DNA from: Eledone cirrhosa
Taxonomy: Eukaryota
DNA: 64,000 bases
Assembly: GCA_964016885.1 (NCBI GenBank)
Contig: OZ024741.1
Span: 190,526,001 to 190,590,000 of the forward strand
Reading direction: 5' to 3'
Below the pieces are notes generated by a model. The model had not been told where the DNA came from and did no database searches. It worked only from the letters and a program-made list of their open reading frames with translations. Shown here piece by piece: positions 26,271 to 39,720 of this stretch. Numbering within the stretch: the stretch's first letter is position 1; each line of letters starts with the position of its first letter. A program made the translations under genes and the position numbers.

Positions 26271-26381
26271 TGTATTAGATTTGGGGTCAATATTCGGAAA
26301 GCGGCGTATTATATTACGAGTTACTTGTTCCATATTTTTGTCACTAAAGAAAGCAGGTTTCTTATCTGCATTTTGTAAAGT
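26271..26381 (-). CDS. NCKAP1: NCKAP1 exon (probably the second coding exon): TLQNADKKPAFFSDKNMEQVTRNIIRRFPNIDPKSNT
   Basis: Matches [32 protein letters not shown]. tttttgtag acceptor, gtaagt donor, 111 nt. Confidence 0.91.
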
Positions 26382-28385
26382 CTACAAAAAGAAAAGAATG
26401 CAGAAATATGATTTTGGTAAGAAGTAAACAATAATAAATGAACAAAATTTATCTGAGATGAAGATGTTTTACAAATTCTCCAAAGCTGAACTGTGCTACA
26501 GGATATATTTGTAGATGTTAGCCAACACTATGTATAGATAGATGTAGATGCCTTGAGTGTATACACAATATCATCAATGACAGAAAAAGAGGGATCAGTA
26601 AGACTAGTTTCAAGTATTCTTTTTCTGTTCATGAATATATTGTATATACAGACCTGGTGTCTACATTTACCTATACATACAAAATATATTATATATACAG
26701 ACCTGTGTCTACATCTACCTATACATACAAAATATATTATATATACAGACCTGTGTCTACATCTACCTATACATACAAAATATATTGTATATACAGACCT
26801 GGTGTTTACATTTGTCTATCTTACAAAACAGGTGGTGAATTTGCAGTGTCATAAGGGCATTGGATTAAAAATACCTTCGGTATTTGTTCTGGCTCACTGC
26901 ACTTTGAGTTCAAACCCTACTGAAGTAAACGTTTCCTTTCATCCTTTCAAGGTTGATAAAGTACAAGGGATTGATTTTTTCTCTTTTTCTTTCTCTCACT
27001 CTTGAACGAAGAAAGAAATAGGCTATGCTCCAACCTGGAAAGGGATGGGCTCCACCAGGCTTAAAATACCCAAGACATGCCTTGTGTTAGGATGGCACTC
27101 ATAACTCCAGCAAGAGTTAACGGCTCTTTTTCTTTTCCTTACACACAAAAAAGAAAAGGAAAGGAGCCTATCATCAGACCAAACCCAGGAAACAACATTT
27201 ACATTACTAATACTATCCAACAGTCACAACTCCTGGCAGAGGAAAGGAGCTGATAATCAGATGAAACCCAGGAAACAATGTTTAGAATACTGATACTATC
27301 TGCCAGTCATGACTCCTGGCAGAAGGAGGTGGGATTTTAACTCAGAATGAACAGAGTCAAATCAAATATAGGAAAGTATCCCACATAACTCGAACAATTT
27401 TGCCATCAACTTCCGCTGGGTTGGTACTTTATTTATCAACTCCAAAATGATGAGAAGCAAAGTTGACTGTTGCAGGATTTTAATTAAGAGCATAGAAAGC
27501 TGGAACAAGAACTGGGGCATTTAACCCAATGCCCTAATAACTGCCAATTTGCTGCCATGGTAGGCTAAAATCTATAGATACATTATGCAGTAGAATATAG
27601 ACCTGAAACAAAACACTCAATACATCAGTTATTTATAGAAATTTCTCCAATGTACAGAAAAAATATTCTAAATCCTAGAGTCAAAAAAACAATAGAGTGA
27701 TAGAATATTGTGATGATATGGCAACAATCTGCATAATGTCAAAGATATGACAATCTCTCTAATTCTAATGCCACAATAAAATGCAGAGTGCAGGAACATA
27801 AGTAAGAGGAAGGCCCACAGTCCATCTGAGAGGAGTCGTCCAGCCTTTGCTAGCAAGGAAATGTATGTTAAATGATGATGATGTAGTGCTAGTGCTAGTG
27901 CCACAATGAAAAAAGCATCCAGTCCACCTTGTAAAGTGCTGGTGCATGACAAAAAGCACCCAGACCATCTTGTAAGGTGGTAGTGTTGGTGACAATGATA
28001 AAAAAGCATCAGGTCCACCCTGTATGGTGGTAGTGCTGGAGTCCTGATAAAATACTTCTAGTTAGTATATGCTGTAAAGTGGTTGGCATTAGGAACGGCA
28101 TCCACTCAGAAACCAAGCCAAAACAGAATGTATGAGCAAGACAGAGTCACTTCACTAGTCTAAACCCTTGCTTGGACTGATTTAAACCCTTGCATTATGT
28201 TATAGATTGGCAGTATTGGTAGAGCATCAGACAACATGCTTTGCAGCACAGAATTATGTCCTGTTATGTTCTTAGCTGAAATCCCTCCAGGGTTAGTTTT
28301 GCCTTTCATCCTTACAGGGTCGATAAAATAGATTTTCTCCTTCCCCCAAATATTGTTGGCCTTGTGCCTAAATTAGAAACCATTA

Positions 28386-28803
28386 TCTATACTAATAAAG
28401 CTGATGGCCCTATGTATGTAACAACCTTTTCACCAAACGGCTGAACCAAACAGCACCAAATTTGCACCATAGATGTAACTTTTTCCAAGTAAGAAAGTGA
28501 GGGTATTTTTGTCTACTAAATTTTGTTAAAAGATTAAATATATTATTTAAATATTCACTTCTTTAAAATTTTCAAATGTCAACACTTCCGGTTATACGAC
28601 ATTCCTCTCTCTTTCTTAGTCTGTCTTTTTAGATAGATACATATTTATAACATCAGGCCCTTATAATATGTCTCTGTATGTCTGGCTGTCTGCATTATTA
28701 AAACCATTCTGTACATTGACTTCACTATCTGTGTATGTGTGTGTATATATGTATATATAGTGTGTTTGTATATATATATAGTATGTATATATATATATAT
28801 ATA

Positions 28804-28865
<62 letters not shown>

Positions 28866-29634
28866 TTAGTATCATAAATAAGAGACAGTTTAATTTGTAC
28901 ATTTTATTACAGCATTCCTTTATACGTATATATATACATACATAAACATGTTATTTACAGTTGTATAAAAAAGAAGTATAATTGTTTCTACTTTTAGCAC
29001 AAGGCCACCAATTATCCCAGTACATTACTGCTGGTACTTTATTATATATAATATATATAATACAACATTCCTCTCTCTTTCTTACTCTGTCTTTTTAGAT
29101 AGATACATAGCTATAACGTTGTGTGCTTATAATATCTGTCTGTATGTCTGCTGGTCTGCATTGACTTCGCTTCTAACCAACTTTTAATTAATATATTCGT
29201 GTACATATTTCCAACAATAATACTATACTAATCTATATATTTTCAACAGTAATATTATACTATATATTTTCAACACTAATACTGTACTATATATTTTTAA
29301 CAGTAATACTATACTATATGTTTTCAACAGTAATACTGTACTATATATTTTCAACAGTAATACTGTACTATACTATATATTTTCAACAGTAATACTATAC
29401 TATATATTTTTAACAGTAATACTATACTATATGTTTTCAACAGTAATACTGTACTATATATTTTCAACAGTAATACTATACTATACTATATATTTTCAAC
29501 AGTAATACTATACTACACAGACGGCTTATCGTCTGTTTATCCAAGCGAAGCTAGGTACGTCAGCTATATATATCTATCTGGATGCCGTAGAATATGCCAA
29601 TGGTAGCCGGGCGCCAGCCAGACAGGCCACCTAG
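28386..29634 (+). mobile_element. Non-autonomous Helitron
   Basis: Canonical A|TC(tatactaataaa)...hairpin (gccgggcgccagcc)...CTAG|T ends. Contains an internal duplication (about 28600-28710 vs 29065-29170), (TA)n, and a roughly 26-bp minisatellite at 29205-29515. Confidence 0.75.
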
Positions 29635-29864
29635 TATTTTATAAACAAGACACTGCCTATGATTTTGAAAATAATCAAGGATCTGGTGAGTTTTAGAAAT
29701 ATAACTAACTTTCTCATTATTAAGCTGGTGTTTGGAACATAATTTAAAGGTTCTTACATAAAGTTTTGATAGAGGTTATTTGATAAATATAAACACTTCA
29801 GCATTCAATAATCAGAAGGGCAGTGGACAGTAGGTGTAAAAGCCAAACTCTCTATCTTCAATTC

Positions 29865-30300
29865 AATATTCATGCCAACCCATACCTATGGTCAGGAATC
29901 TTGGGTAATAAACTGAAAGTATACGATCGCAATTACAAGCGGCCAAAATGGGATTCATCCAAAGGGTCTTTGGAGTACCGTTAATTAATAGAGCTCAGAG
30001 ATCAGAGAACCGCTACTTCTCCAAATTGTGAGATCACAGCTCCGATACTATGGGCATGAGATTAGAATTTCTCAGGAAAGAATGACTAGACAGATTTTAT
30101 GGGCAAAACCAACTGGGAGGAGACCCAGGGGAAGACCCCGAGCAAGATGGTTGGATAACATCCATGAGCTTGGCTGGTCTCACTCAGGGATCCAGCCGGA
30201 AATGGTTGCTCTGACATGATCTGCTGGATGGAGTGTTTGAGGACTGCTCTCATAACCCACTCAGGGACGAGGAGAGGAGGGGAAGAAGAAGGAAGAAGAT
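29865..30300 (+). mobile_element. RTE-like LINE 3' fragment (second family)
   Basis: Peptide RSQLRYYGHEIRISQERMTRQILWAKPTGRRPRGRPRARWLD. A homologous copy at about 45000-45360 ends in (GAG/GAAA)n. Confidence 0.8.
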
Positions 30301-31446
30301 AAACATTTAAAAATAGTTTTGTATCAGAGAACCAGAGGCAGGTGGTTTGGTATCAAAAGGGTTAACTCTCAAATCATTTCTGACTATGTAGTTGTTAAAG
30401 GTTATAACAAGATAAACACCTAGCTACAGCACTGTAAAACTGACAGTGATATGTTCTACATCTCCTGTAAGTCAAAGGAAGTAAATGTAATGCTCAACCT
30501 CACACCAAAGACTCAGTCCACCTGAACCCTCACTTCTCATTAAGAGGCTCTATAAATTTAATGATCAACCTCACATCAAAGACTTAGTCCACTTGAACTG
30601 GAAGGTTTAAACATGTATAAACATTTTAAAATGAGCAGGTGTGTACCATAAAACCAGGGAGGTTTCAGGTGGGTTGGTATCAAAAGGGTTAACTATTATG
30701 GCTCCCAATATATGATATAAATTGTGTAGCTTGCAATTATATCATACCATAGATTTTGTGTAACTTATTTCCTTTTTCCGGTAACCCATGAACTACTCAA
30801 CATAGACACATGGGTTACATACCTTCCTGTAGCCCGTAACTTACTCAATGCTGTACACAATTGGGTCATATACTATCTAGTAACCCAGGGCTTACCTCAG
30901 CTGGATTATTCACTATCCTGTAACCCATAACATACCCAGCATATGGGTCACATACATAACACCAAATAACTTCTTATAAAAAGCACACCTTCAAAAAACA
31001 TACTAAAGAAAGAAACCTCAACTTAGTCAGTTGACATGCTAAAAATATTAGCTAAATCACCCTGCTGTCTTAAAAAGGAAAGGCACATACAATATAGTTA
31101 TAAATACATTATAACTAAATAGTCCTCAACTCAGCAAAGAAGGGAATAACTCCAAATGAGAACTGACTCAAACTGTGTCAATCCATCCAACCCAAATCAG
31201 CAAGGAATGTAAAATGATGATACTTATGTCTGATAGAGCTGACCTGGAGTTAACCAATGTAAAGTGACAATTGAAATAAATAATTGTGCCATAATTAGTT
31301 ATAAAATACTAATAGTGGTGAAAATATAATAGTTAATACTAATGAAGATGTAGACATGATGGTTAAATATTAGTGATATAGATGTAATGGTTAAATACTA
31401 ATAGTGATGTAGATATGATGGTTAAATACTAATAGTGATGTAGATA

Positions 31447-34300
31447 ATAATAATGAAATAATAATAATGAAATTATTGTGCACTACAACTCATCAAAGGT
31501 GCATGTATAGTACATAGAATAATGTTCAAATGTCAGAAAAATGAACAGTGTATGAGTCATGAAATACATGTGTGTGTATGGAGGGGGGATATCAGGTGTA
31601 GTGTTGGCGAATCTCAGGAAGCAAGGAGGTTTTAAAGGATGCAGTGTTCCGACAGTTAACAACTGATGCAGGTAGTTTGTTCCATGCTTCAGCAACTCTG
31701 AGCGTGAAAAAATGTTTCCGAAAGTCACGGGAGCTCTGCTGTTTTCTGACTTTGTAGGCATGTCCACGTGTGTTAGACACATGGAAATGGCAAGATGGTT
31801 AATAATTTTGTTGGTGTTTACCAAATCAGTTGCCAGACGTCGGAGCTTCAATGTATCCATGCCCAGGGAAGTAAGGCGTTCAGAGTATGGTAGTTGCCCG
31901 ATGGAGGGTATTCACTTGGTTGCATGTCTCTGAACAGTTTCCAGGAGGTCAATGTTCTGAGCAAGATAGGGGTTCCAGACTGGTGATGCAAATTCTAAGT
32001 GTGGCCGCATCATAGCTATATACAGCTTTAAATAGATAGCTGGAGAGTGGCTAACAAATGTCTTGCTGAGTGATGCTAAGACACCCTCGGCCTTCTTGAC
32101 AATTTTAGAGACGTGCTTGGTCCAACGCAAATCGCTGCTGACAGTAATGCCCAAGTCATGCTCACAAGAAGACTTCTTGATATTAGTGTTGTGGAGGGAG
32201 TATGTGGACGCTGGGTTTTTACTCCCAAAATGCAAAGTGGTACACTTGTCCACAGCCAACTCGAGTTGCCAGTCCGTGATCCATTGCTGCATTGTGTCCA
32301 GGTCTGATTGCAGGAAAGATCTATAGTGTTCAGGATATGTCCTTTTTATCTCAAGGTACAGCTTGATGTCATCTGCATATTTCAGTACTGTGGTATACTT
32401 TAAGTTGGCATCTATGTCATTAATGTATGCCACAAACAAAAGGGGGCCAAGAACAGATCCCTGTGGTACACCAGATGACATCTCATACAGTGAGGAATGC
32501 TGTCCTAGAACCGTGACTACCTCTGTTTGACTGAGAATGAAGGACTTCAACCAGTTAAAAAGGTCATCCTTCACACCCATTGCAGAGAGTTTTGCCATAA
32601 GTTTTTTATGTGGCACAAAATTGAAAGCTTTAGCAAAGTCAAGGTAAACAACATCCACCCATGACCTGCCATCAGTGATACGGGTGATGTCTTCAAGAAA
32701 CTCGATAAGTTGATCACAGCAGCTGGAGTTAGGGATAAATCCAAATTGCGAGGGCCGGATAAGACTGTGAGAGTTCCAGAAGTTCCAAAGTGTTTCTCTG
32801 ACACAGGATTCCATCAGTTTGACAATGCAGCTAGTAAGACTGACTGGACGATAGTTGACAGGTGATGTACGGTCACCCTTTTTGAACAGAAGAATGACGC
32901 TGGCAGTTTTCCACTGCTTCGGAGTAGCACCGTTGTTCAGACAGAATTGAAAGAAGAGGGATAGCTGGTATGTAACACCATCAAGACTAGGAGAGGCATG
33001 GTTGCGTTTATTCTTGTGACGTCACAACATTTCAGGTGTAAATTCCATAGTTGTTATGGAATTTGATGTTAGAGATGGTGGAGATAGTGGAGATGGTACA
33101 TTTTGGTCTTCAACAGTGAAAATGCCTGCATAGCATTCAGCAATGAGTTCTGCGCATTCCTTGGGGTCGTCGGTAATCTGGCTTGTGTGGGGATTGCGAA
33201 GAGGACTAACTGGAGAGTGAGGCCTCTGCTTTGAGTGTACATATTTCCAGAACACCTTACTGTCAGAGTTGGTTGCTAAGTGCTGTTCAAATTCAAGCAC
33301 TGCCTTTTTTGTCACCTGCTTGAGATGGTTGGACGATTTATTTCGCTTTTTCCTCTCGACATCTGATTTATGCAGTTTGTACTCACGTTCAGCATTACAA
33401 CATTCTTTCCTGGCAAGACGGACTGCTGCAGTCTCCCAAATTACATTTTTGGGATGTTTTTTCTGCTTACATGACACCTATGCTGCACATGCTGTCCATA
33501 TTGAGTTCAGGATGTTCTGAGGTACAGTGTTGACATCACCAGAGTCGTAAAATTTAAGCCAGTTTGGACGCTGCAGCTTGGTGCAGTAACAGTTCCAGTC
33601 TGCTTTATTCCAGTCAAAATGAGCAGTTTGGAGATGGTTGTGGTTTTTGTTACTGCCCATGAGGGACAGATTGGCAATGATCATAGCATGATCAGGGTCA
33701 CCTAAAGGTTCCTCAGTAGTAACACTAATAACCATTTCAGGAGTAGTGGTGAAGAGTAGATCCAAAGTGTTGTCACCTCTTGTTGGGGAGGTGACTACTA
33801 GGGACTAGTTTGAGTCCAGCACTAGCTCAAGGAAATCATTTGTAAAAGGTTTCCCAGTCAGTGAAGTGGCTGTTTTCCTGGCAGCAGCAGCTGAGGATAT
33901 CACAAAGCTGAGTGTCTTGATGGTAATTTGGGGGTGCGGTAAACAACTCCAAGTAGCAGTGTTGACGTGGTCATACGTATATCGCAAAAATATTGGTTCA
34001 AATCAACGCAACGAAATGCTGAAAAGTTTGAATGAACGTAGACTATTAAACCACCACGATTAATGCGGTCTTTACAAAACAAGTTGTAGCCAGCTATGCT
34101 GAAAACCTCATCACAGAGTAAGGAATGTGCCCGTGTTTCCGTGACTGTAATGAAGTCAGGGTCGATACTTTTGACGTAGGAATCAAAAAGATGTATCTTA
34201 TTGCGTAGACTACGTGCATTTAAGGACAATTTGTACCTTGTAGAATTTGGTCTATGATGATGTGCAGGGGATGGCAGGTGGTTCTGGTTTAGTTTCCAGA
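31447..34300 (-). mobile_element. CR1/L2-group LINE remnant (APE endonuclease + RT)
   Basis: APE motifs LNARSLRNK...ITVTET and TRGDNTLDLLFTT. RT motifs YLDFAKAF, SGVPQGSVLGPLLF, YADD. C-terminal TRGHAYK...RKHFFTLRVAEAWNKLP, then a (TTA)n-like tail. Confidence 0.92.
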
Positions 34301-35810
34301 GTTATGATGGTTAAATACTAATAGCAATGAAGATATGATGGTTAAATACTAATAGTGAGGTAGTGATGGTTAAATACTAGTGATGATGAAGATTATGATG
34401 ATTTAGACCTGATGTAGATATGATGGTTAAATGATGGATTTAGAAATAAATACAATGATATATATATACATGAAGTAAGAAATAAAAAAAATTGTTGTAA
34501 ATTATAGTAATTATTTCTAACAGGATATCCACCTATCCTACAACTGTAGCTGAAGATAAGGTTGTTTCAGACACACATACTGTGGGTGTATACTACAACA
34601 AATGAGAAAGAAAGTAACAGAATTAAATAGAATATGTAATAGTAAAGGCAAGAATGCAATGCCAGTTGATCCTGCACCATTATGATCAAATATATTCCAG
34701 TTAGCTTTAAGCATTCCCAATTTATATTTGGATGCTAGAGCTAGAAACAATAGGCAACGTGTCCCTTTGTTCACCTAAGAAAATAGTTTTGAGTGACATT
34801 TGGCTGCTATTTCTAGCAAGTTAAGTGACCACAGGGTTTGTATATTTTATATATAATACAGTATATCTAACAAAACAATTTTTAGTTATTGCTTTGCCCC
34901 AGGTCTAGCAGACCTATGATTAAAGGTGATCCAATCATGACCATATAAACATACAAACAATTATTCAAATATAGCATATCTGGAGGTGTATTATTCAATG
35001 AAACTTTCCCCTTTTCTAAGACAAATAACGAAGAGTCAGAGTGATATTTGGCTATTATTTCTTCCAGGTCAAGCAACCACTTAGAGACACTCACATTGTC
35101 AGTGGGTGATGTTGAAAGAAAAAAAAAGTAGAATTCCAGTAGTTAAAATAGCTGTCTGTTACAAAGATAAATACACATCTAAATATGTCCTCCATACAAT
35201 CAGCTTAGCTGTATTGTGATAAATACATATTTAAATATTTCCTCCATACAATTTAGCTCTATGTAGATAACTACACATCTAAATATCTGACATACAACTT
35301 AGTCAATAATGTTTCCTAAAGGAAGCTACAATAAAAAATAAAAAAAAATAAAAAGAATTAGTTTCTCTCTTCCAATCCTAAGACGAGACTGAAACTGTAG
35401 CATCTGATAGTTTTAATAAAAGATAGTCACTTAGAGGGCAGGACTAATATATAAAGAGACAGTAGGAAAATTAATGTAAAGAGTGTTTACATACAGTAAT
35501 GTGAGATGTCACAATGTGTGTGTGTGTGTATCAGTGGATCAATTTTAATGTGTGTTGTATGTGTCAGTGTGTTAATTTTAATGTGAATGTGTGTGTGTGT
35601 GTGTGTGTGTGTGAATGAATGGCTAAGGAGTTCACTTCACAACCTGTGTGTGTGTGTGTATGTGTGGTTAAGGAGTTCACTTCACAACTAGTTGGTTCCG
35701 GATTCAGTCGTGCTGTGTGACACCTTGAGCAAGTGTCATCTACTGAGCTGTGGGTTGATCAATGTCTTGGGAGTAGAATTTGGTAAGCAGAAACTGCAGA
35801 AGCCCATCGT

Positions 35811-36169
35811 GTGTGTATATATATGTATGTATGTATACATGTGTATATATATATGTACGTATGTATACATGTATATATATATATGTATGTATACATGAAT
35901 ATATATATATGTATGTATGTATACATGTATATATATGTATGTATGTATACATGTATATATATGTATGTATGTATACATGTATATATATATATATGTATGT
36001 ATACATGTATATATATATATATATATGTATACATGTATATATATGTATGTATGTATACATGTATATATATATATATGTATGTATACATGTATATATATGT
36101 ATGTATGTATACATGTATATATATATATGTATGTATACATGTATATATATGTATGTATTATTTCAACCT

Positions 36170-36217
<48 letters not shown>

Positions 36218-36485
36218 ACATACACATATATATATATATACATGTATACATACATACATATATATATATACATGTATACATACATATATATATATATATA
36301 CATGTATACATACATACATATATATATATACATGTATACATACATATATATATATATATACATGTATACATACATATATATATATATATATACATACATA
36401 TATATATATATATATACATGTATACATACATATATATATATATATATACATGTATACATACATATATATATATATATATACATGT

Positions 36486-36533
<48 letters not shown>

Positions 36534-36660
36534 ACATACATATATATATACATGTATACATACATATATATATATATACATGTATACATACATATATATA
36601 TATATGCATGTATACATACATACATATATATACATGTATACATACATACATATATATATG
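35811..36660. repeat. Complex (TATG/TA/CATG) microsatellite that switches strand polarity at about 36165
   Basis: Directly visible. Confidence 0.95.
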
Positions 36661-37954
36661 GTGGCTGCCAACTCGTTTTCGAGTACGGCCACTACTTTAT
36701 ATCCATGTAGGAGAACCCCTACCGATGCGCTGAACGAATGTGACTTTTTAGTCCAGCCAGCGACTTGAAAACTCTGGTACAAAGACTACACTTGTGACCA
36801 TTATTGACACATAGTGCAGGGCCCATGGTACCATGTGATGACAAGTGCAGAGAGATCTCCAGTTATAAAGCAATGCCTGTGCTGTGAAGCTTTTATAGTG
36901 AGCAAAGGCACTGCACAAAGCCAGTCCCACTCTCTTAACCAAGATGATATTTACCAAAAAGAAGAACAAGTCAACATCATTGGATACCATCAGGGTTGCA
37001 GGTGTTATATCAGAGTTTTCCTTCTCCTAGAATTCTGCCTTGACAAAGGCTAAGGGGTCATCTCTCCCAGTGATTTTGGATGGCTATTGACTCTTAAGAG
37101 CTCCCTTGCCCTTTGACAGGTTTTGTTTTTAGTCCTGCAGGATGTCCAAAGTCACCCTCCTCACCAAGAAACCTTGGTGGGGTTGCCAGTTTAGTCGCCA
37201 ACGACCCGACCATGAGACAGGTTGTACTGGGATACATGTTACCAGTAGCACCAACTGGTGACCTGACATAACATATATATATACATGTATACATACATAC
37301 ATATATATACATGTATACATACATACATATATATATATATTCATATATACATATATATATATATATTCATGTATACATACATATATATATATACATGTAT
37401 ACATACGTACATATATATATACACATGTATACATACATACATATATATATACACATGTATACATACACATATATATATACACATGTATACAAACATACAC
37501 ACATATATATATATATATAACAAAAGTAAAGAATGACCATGGTATTTGCATCTAGAAAGTCTGGGCAAGGTTGTTTGTGGAAAATCAGCAGTCACCCATG
37601 CATACCAGTCTCCCCTCTCCATTCCACCAATGTTATTCAAGGACCAGTGACGTCACAACTCATTTCTAGAGCTGAGTGAACTGGAGCAACATGAAATAAA
37701 GTATCTTGCTCAAGAACACAACACAAAGCTTGGTCTGAGAATCGAACTCATAACCTCACGATTATAAGCCCGACACTCTAGCCACTATGCCATGCGCACA
37801 CACACACATATATATAGGTGTTACGGTGCAAGTTAATTGCGTCAATAGGCAGTATTCCGAATGAGCACTCTATGCTCTTGGGGAGCAGAGTATCAATAGT
37901 ATTAATGTAGAAGGGAACAAAGAATCACTGTTGCATCATATACATATTTAATTA

Positions 37955-38050
37955 AATATTACATATGTTTCACAGTCGATCTGCTCGAGGAATGATCTAT
38001 TAATGATCGAATCTGACTCTGGAACCGGAAGCTCCTCAGATATGTTTTAA
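37955..38050 (-). ncRNA. Degenerate type I hammerhead motif (long stem II), mirror of 40175-40268
   Basis: Minus strand: acatat-CTGAGGA-gc...(about 60 nt)...gt-GAAA-c(atat)g-TA-atat. Lies in the left arm of the 37897-38067 / 40156-40319 inverted repeat. Confidence 0.55.
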
Positions 38051-38309
38051 CATGTAGACTCGCATCTATAATACGGTACAGGAGAATGATAGGCTGCATA
38101 ACACGCGAAACCAGGTTCACATCAGTAGCATACTGGGAGATAGGAATATTAGAAATAGGGACACAACAGAGCCAACACATAAGGACAAACAAGGCAGAGA
38201 GGCAGTAGGCTTAGCAGACAGCGTAGGAACACCAGAACCGTGCACCAGCAACTATAGTAGTACAGGTAAAAGGAATAAATATCATGTTTTAAATACTCCA
38301 CGTTCTAGT

Positions 38310-39720
38310 ATGGGCAATAACCATGACAACTCATACCGGACTGATAGAACTAGCAATATTCAACATAGGAGTGTAAACAACAACGATTACTGTAGCAGTA
38401 GACAACATGACAACGTACCTACACCACCAATGCATAGAGGACACGCTAGGATTAGATCGAGGAATACAACGTGGTTCAATGCGCCTTACTCTAAGCACGT
38501 ACGGACCAACATACCCGGAATATTCTACAAGGCACTGGATGAGTGTTTCCCAACCACCCATAAATACCATAAACTGTTCAACTGGTACACTGTGAAATTC
38601 TCATTTTCAACTGCGTCCATCTTAGGTGACTATATTGCTAGCACCAATTCCATGAAAATGCAGAATTTTGAGTGTCACCGGCAGCAGACGGTGGTTGGGA
38701 GTAGCCGCCTTGACTGCGCCTTATCCTATGCCGCAACCCGCCGTGAGCCTTAACATCAACACTCAATGCACAGCAACGTTGACCGTGGTCCCCAATGAGG
38801 TAACAGGCCGGTATGGAGGAGGCGTAACACATGACACCACGGGCTCTGACCCACAAAATCGGAGTAGGCATCCTGACTTGTAACTGATGTAATAATGCAC
38901 AATACCCTCTCCAGGGCAATTGCATGGTAACAAATATTGTGTACAAATGTGTGGTTGTAACACGGAACACGATGCATAACTATATCGGTGCAACATCCAC
39001 GAGATTTAAGTCGAGGATGTATAACCACACCAACTCTTCCACAGACGAGACCAAGAGGCACTCCACTGGCAGACTTAATCTGGATGTTAAAAGACAGTGG
39101 CATGGACCTCAAGCTGCACTGGAGCATAGTACAATGCATGGCTGCGCATTCCGTGGGCGCAGGCCATTGCAAACACTGTGTGGCGGAATCCATGGAAATA
39201 GTAAAATTGAAACATAATTAGGTTAACCCCAAGTCGGAGATCATCATGGCTTGCAGGCACCACCGGAATTGCACTTTTTCTGCACTGAATTTTCCCGAAT
39301 AGGAGCGTAGCGAGTGCTTGGAGCATACAGATAATGGGAGGCAGGCCACAACTGCACCCAGGGATGGCCCAGCGGTTCGCTGAGCACCTGAATGACCTTT
39401 GGGCCCACTCTGCATGCATAAATTTGCATTTATTTGAATGCACACATGCATAGAGACTTTCCCATGTATGTACTACGGAATAGTACATAATGCACAAACC
39501 TGTTGGCGTGAATTGATGCTCACAGGGGAATGGGCATTCGATTCATGTACATTTTAATTTTGGAATACCTGCTGATTGTAACATTATGTAAGAAGCTGTC
39601 TGATGAGATCATGGCACTGGGTACTATGCAAAATCGCGTGGTTACTGTCGTCATCGAAATATGTATTGCAGCCTTATCAATAAAGGACTTTAACATCTAA
39701 ACTACTTCGTATTTCCTTAT
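38310..39720 (+). mobile_element. 5'-truncated Penelope-like element (Naiad-like): thumb/linker, GIY-YIG and 3' pLTR
   Basis: WFNAPYSKHVRTNIPGIFYKALDECFP; C-N-*-C...YPLQGNC; IVYKC...YIGAT...FKSRMYNH; CKHC; NPKSEIIMACRH, stop at about 39302. A structured 3' region, a hammerhead, AATAAA and (TA)n follow. Confidence 0.88.
39589..39676 (+). ncRNA. Type I hammerhead ribozyme motif in the Penelope 3' pLTR
   Basis: gctgt-CTGATGA-gat.atggca...actatgc(aaaatc)gcgtggt...tgtcgt.atc-GAAA-t(atgt)a-TT-gcagc. Predicted cleavage after 39667 (AUU). Confidence 0.82.

Noticed and set aside
27157-27325. Roughly 83-bp tandem duplicate containing a minus-strand CTGATGA
   Set aside because: No GAAA core or stems follow; an ordinary local duplication.
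39380-39550. SECIS element downstream of the TGA-containing Penelope
   Set aside because: AUGA and GA motifs exist, but the spacing and apical AA do not fit a canonical SECIS by eye. Left to SECISearch3.
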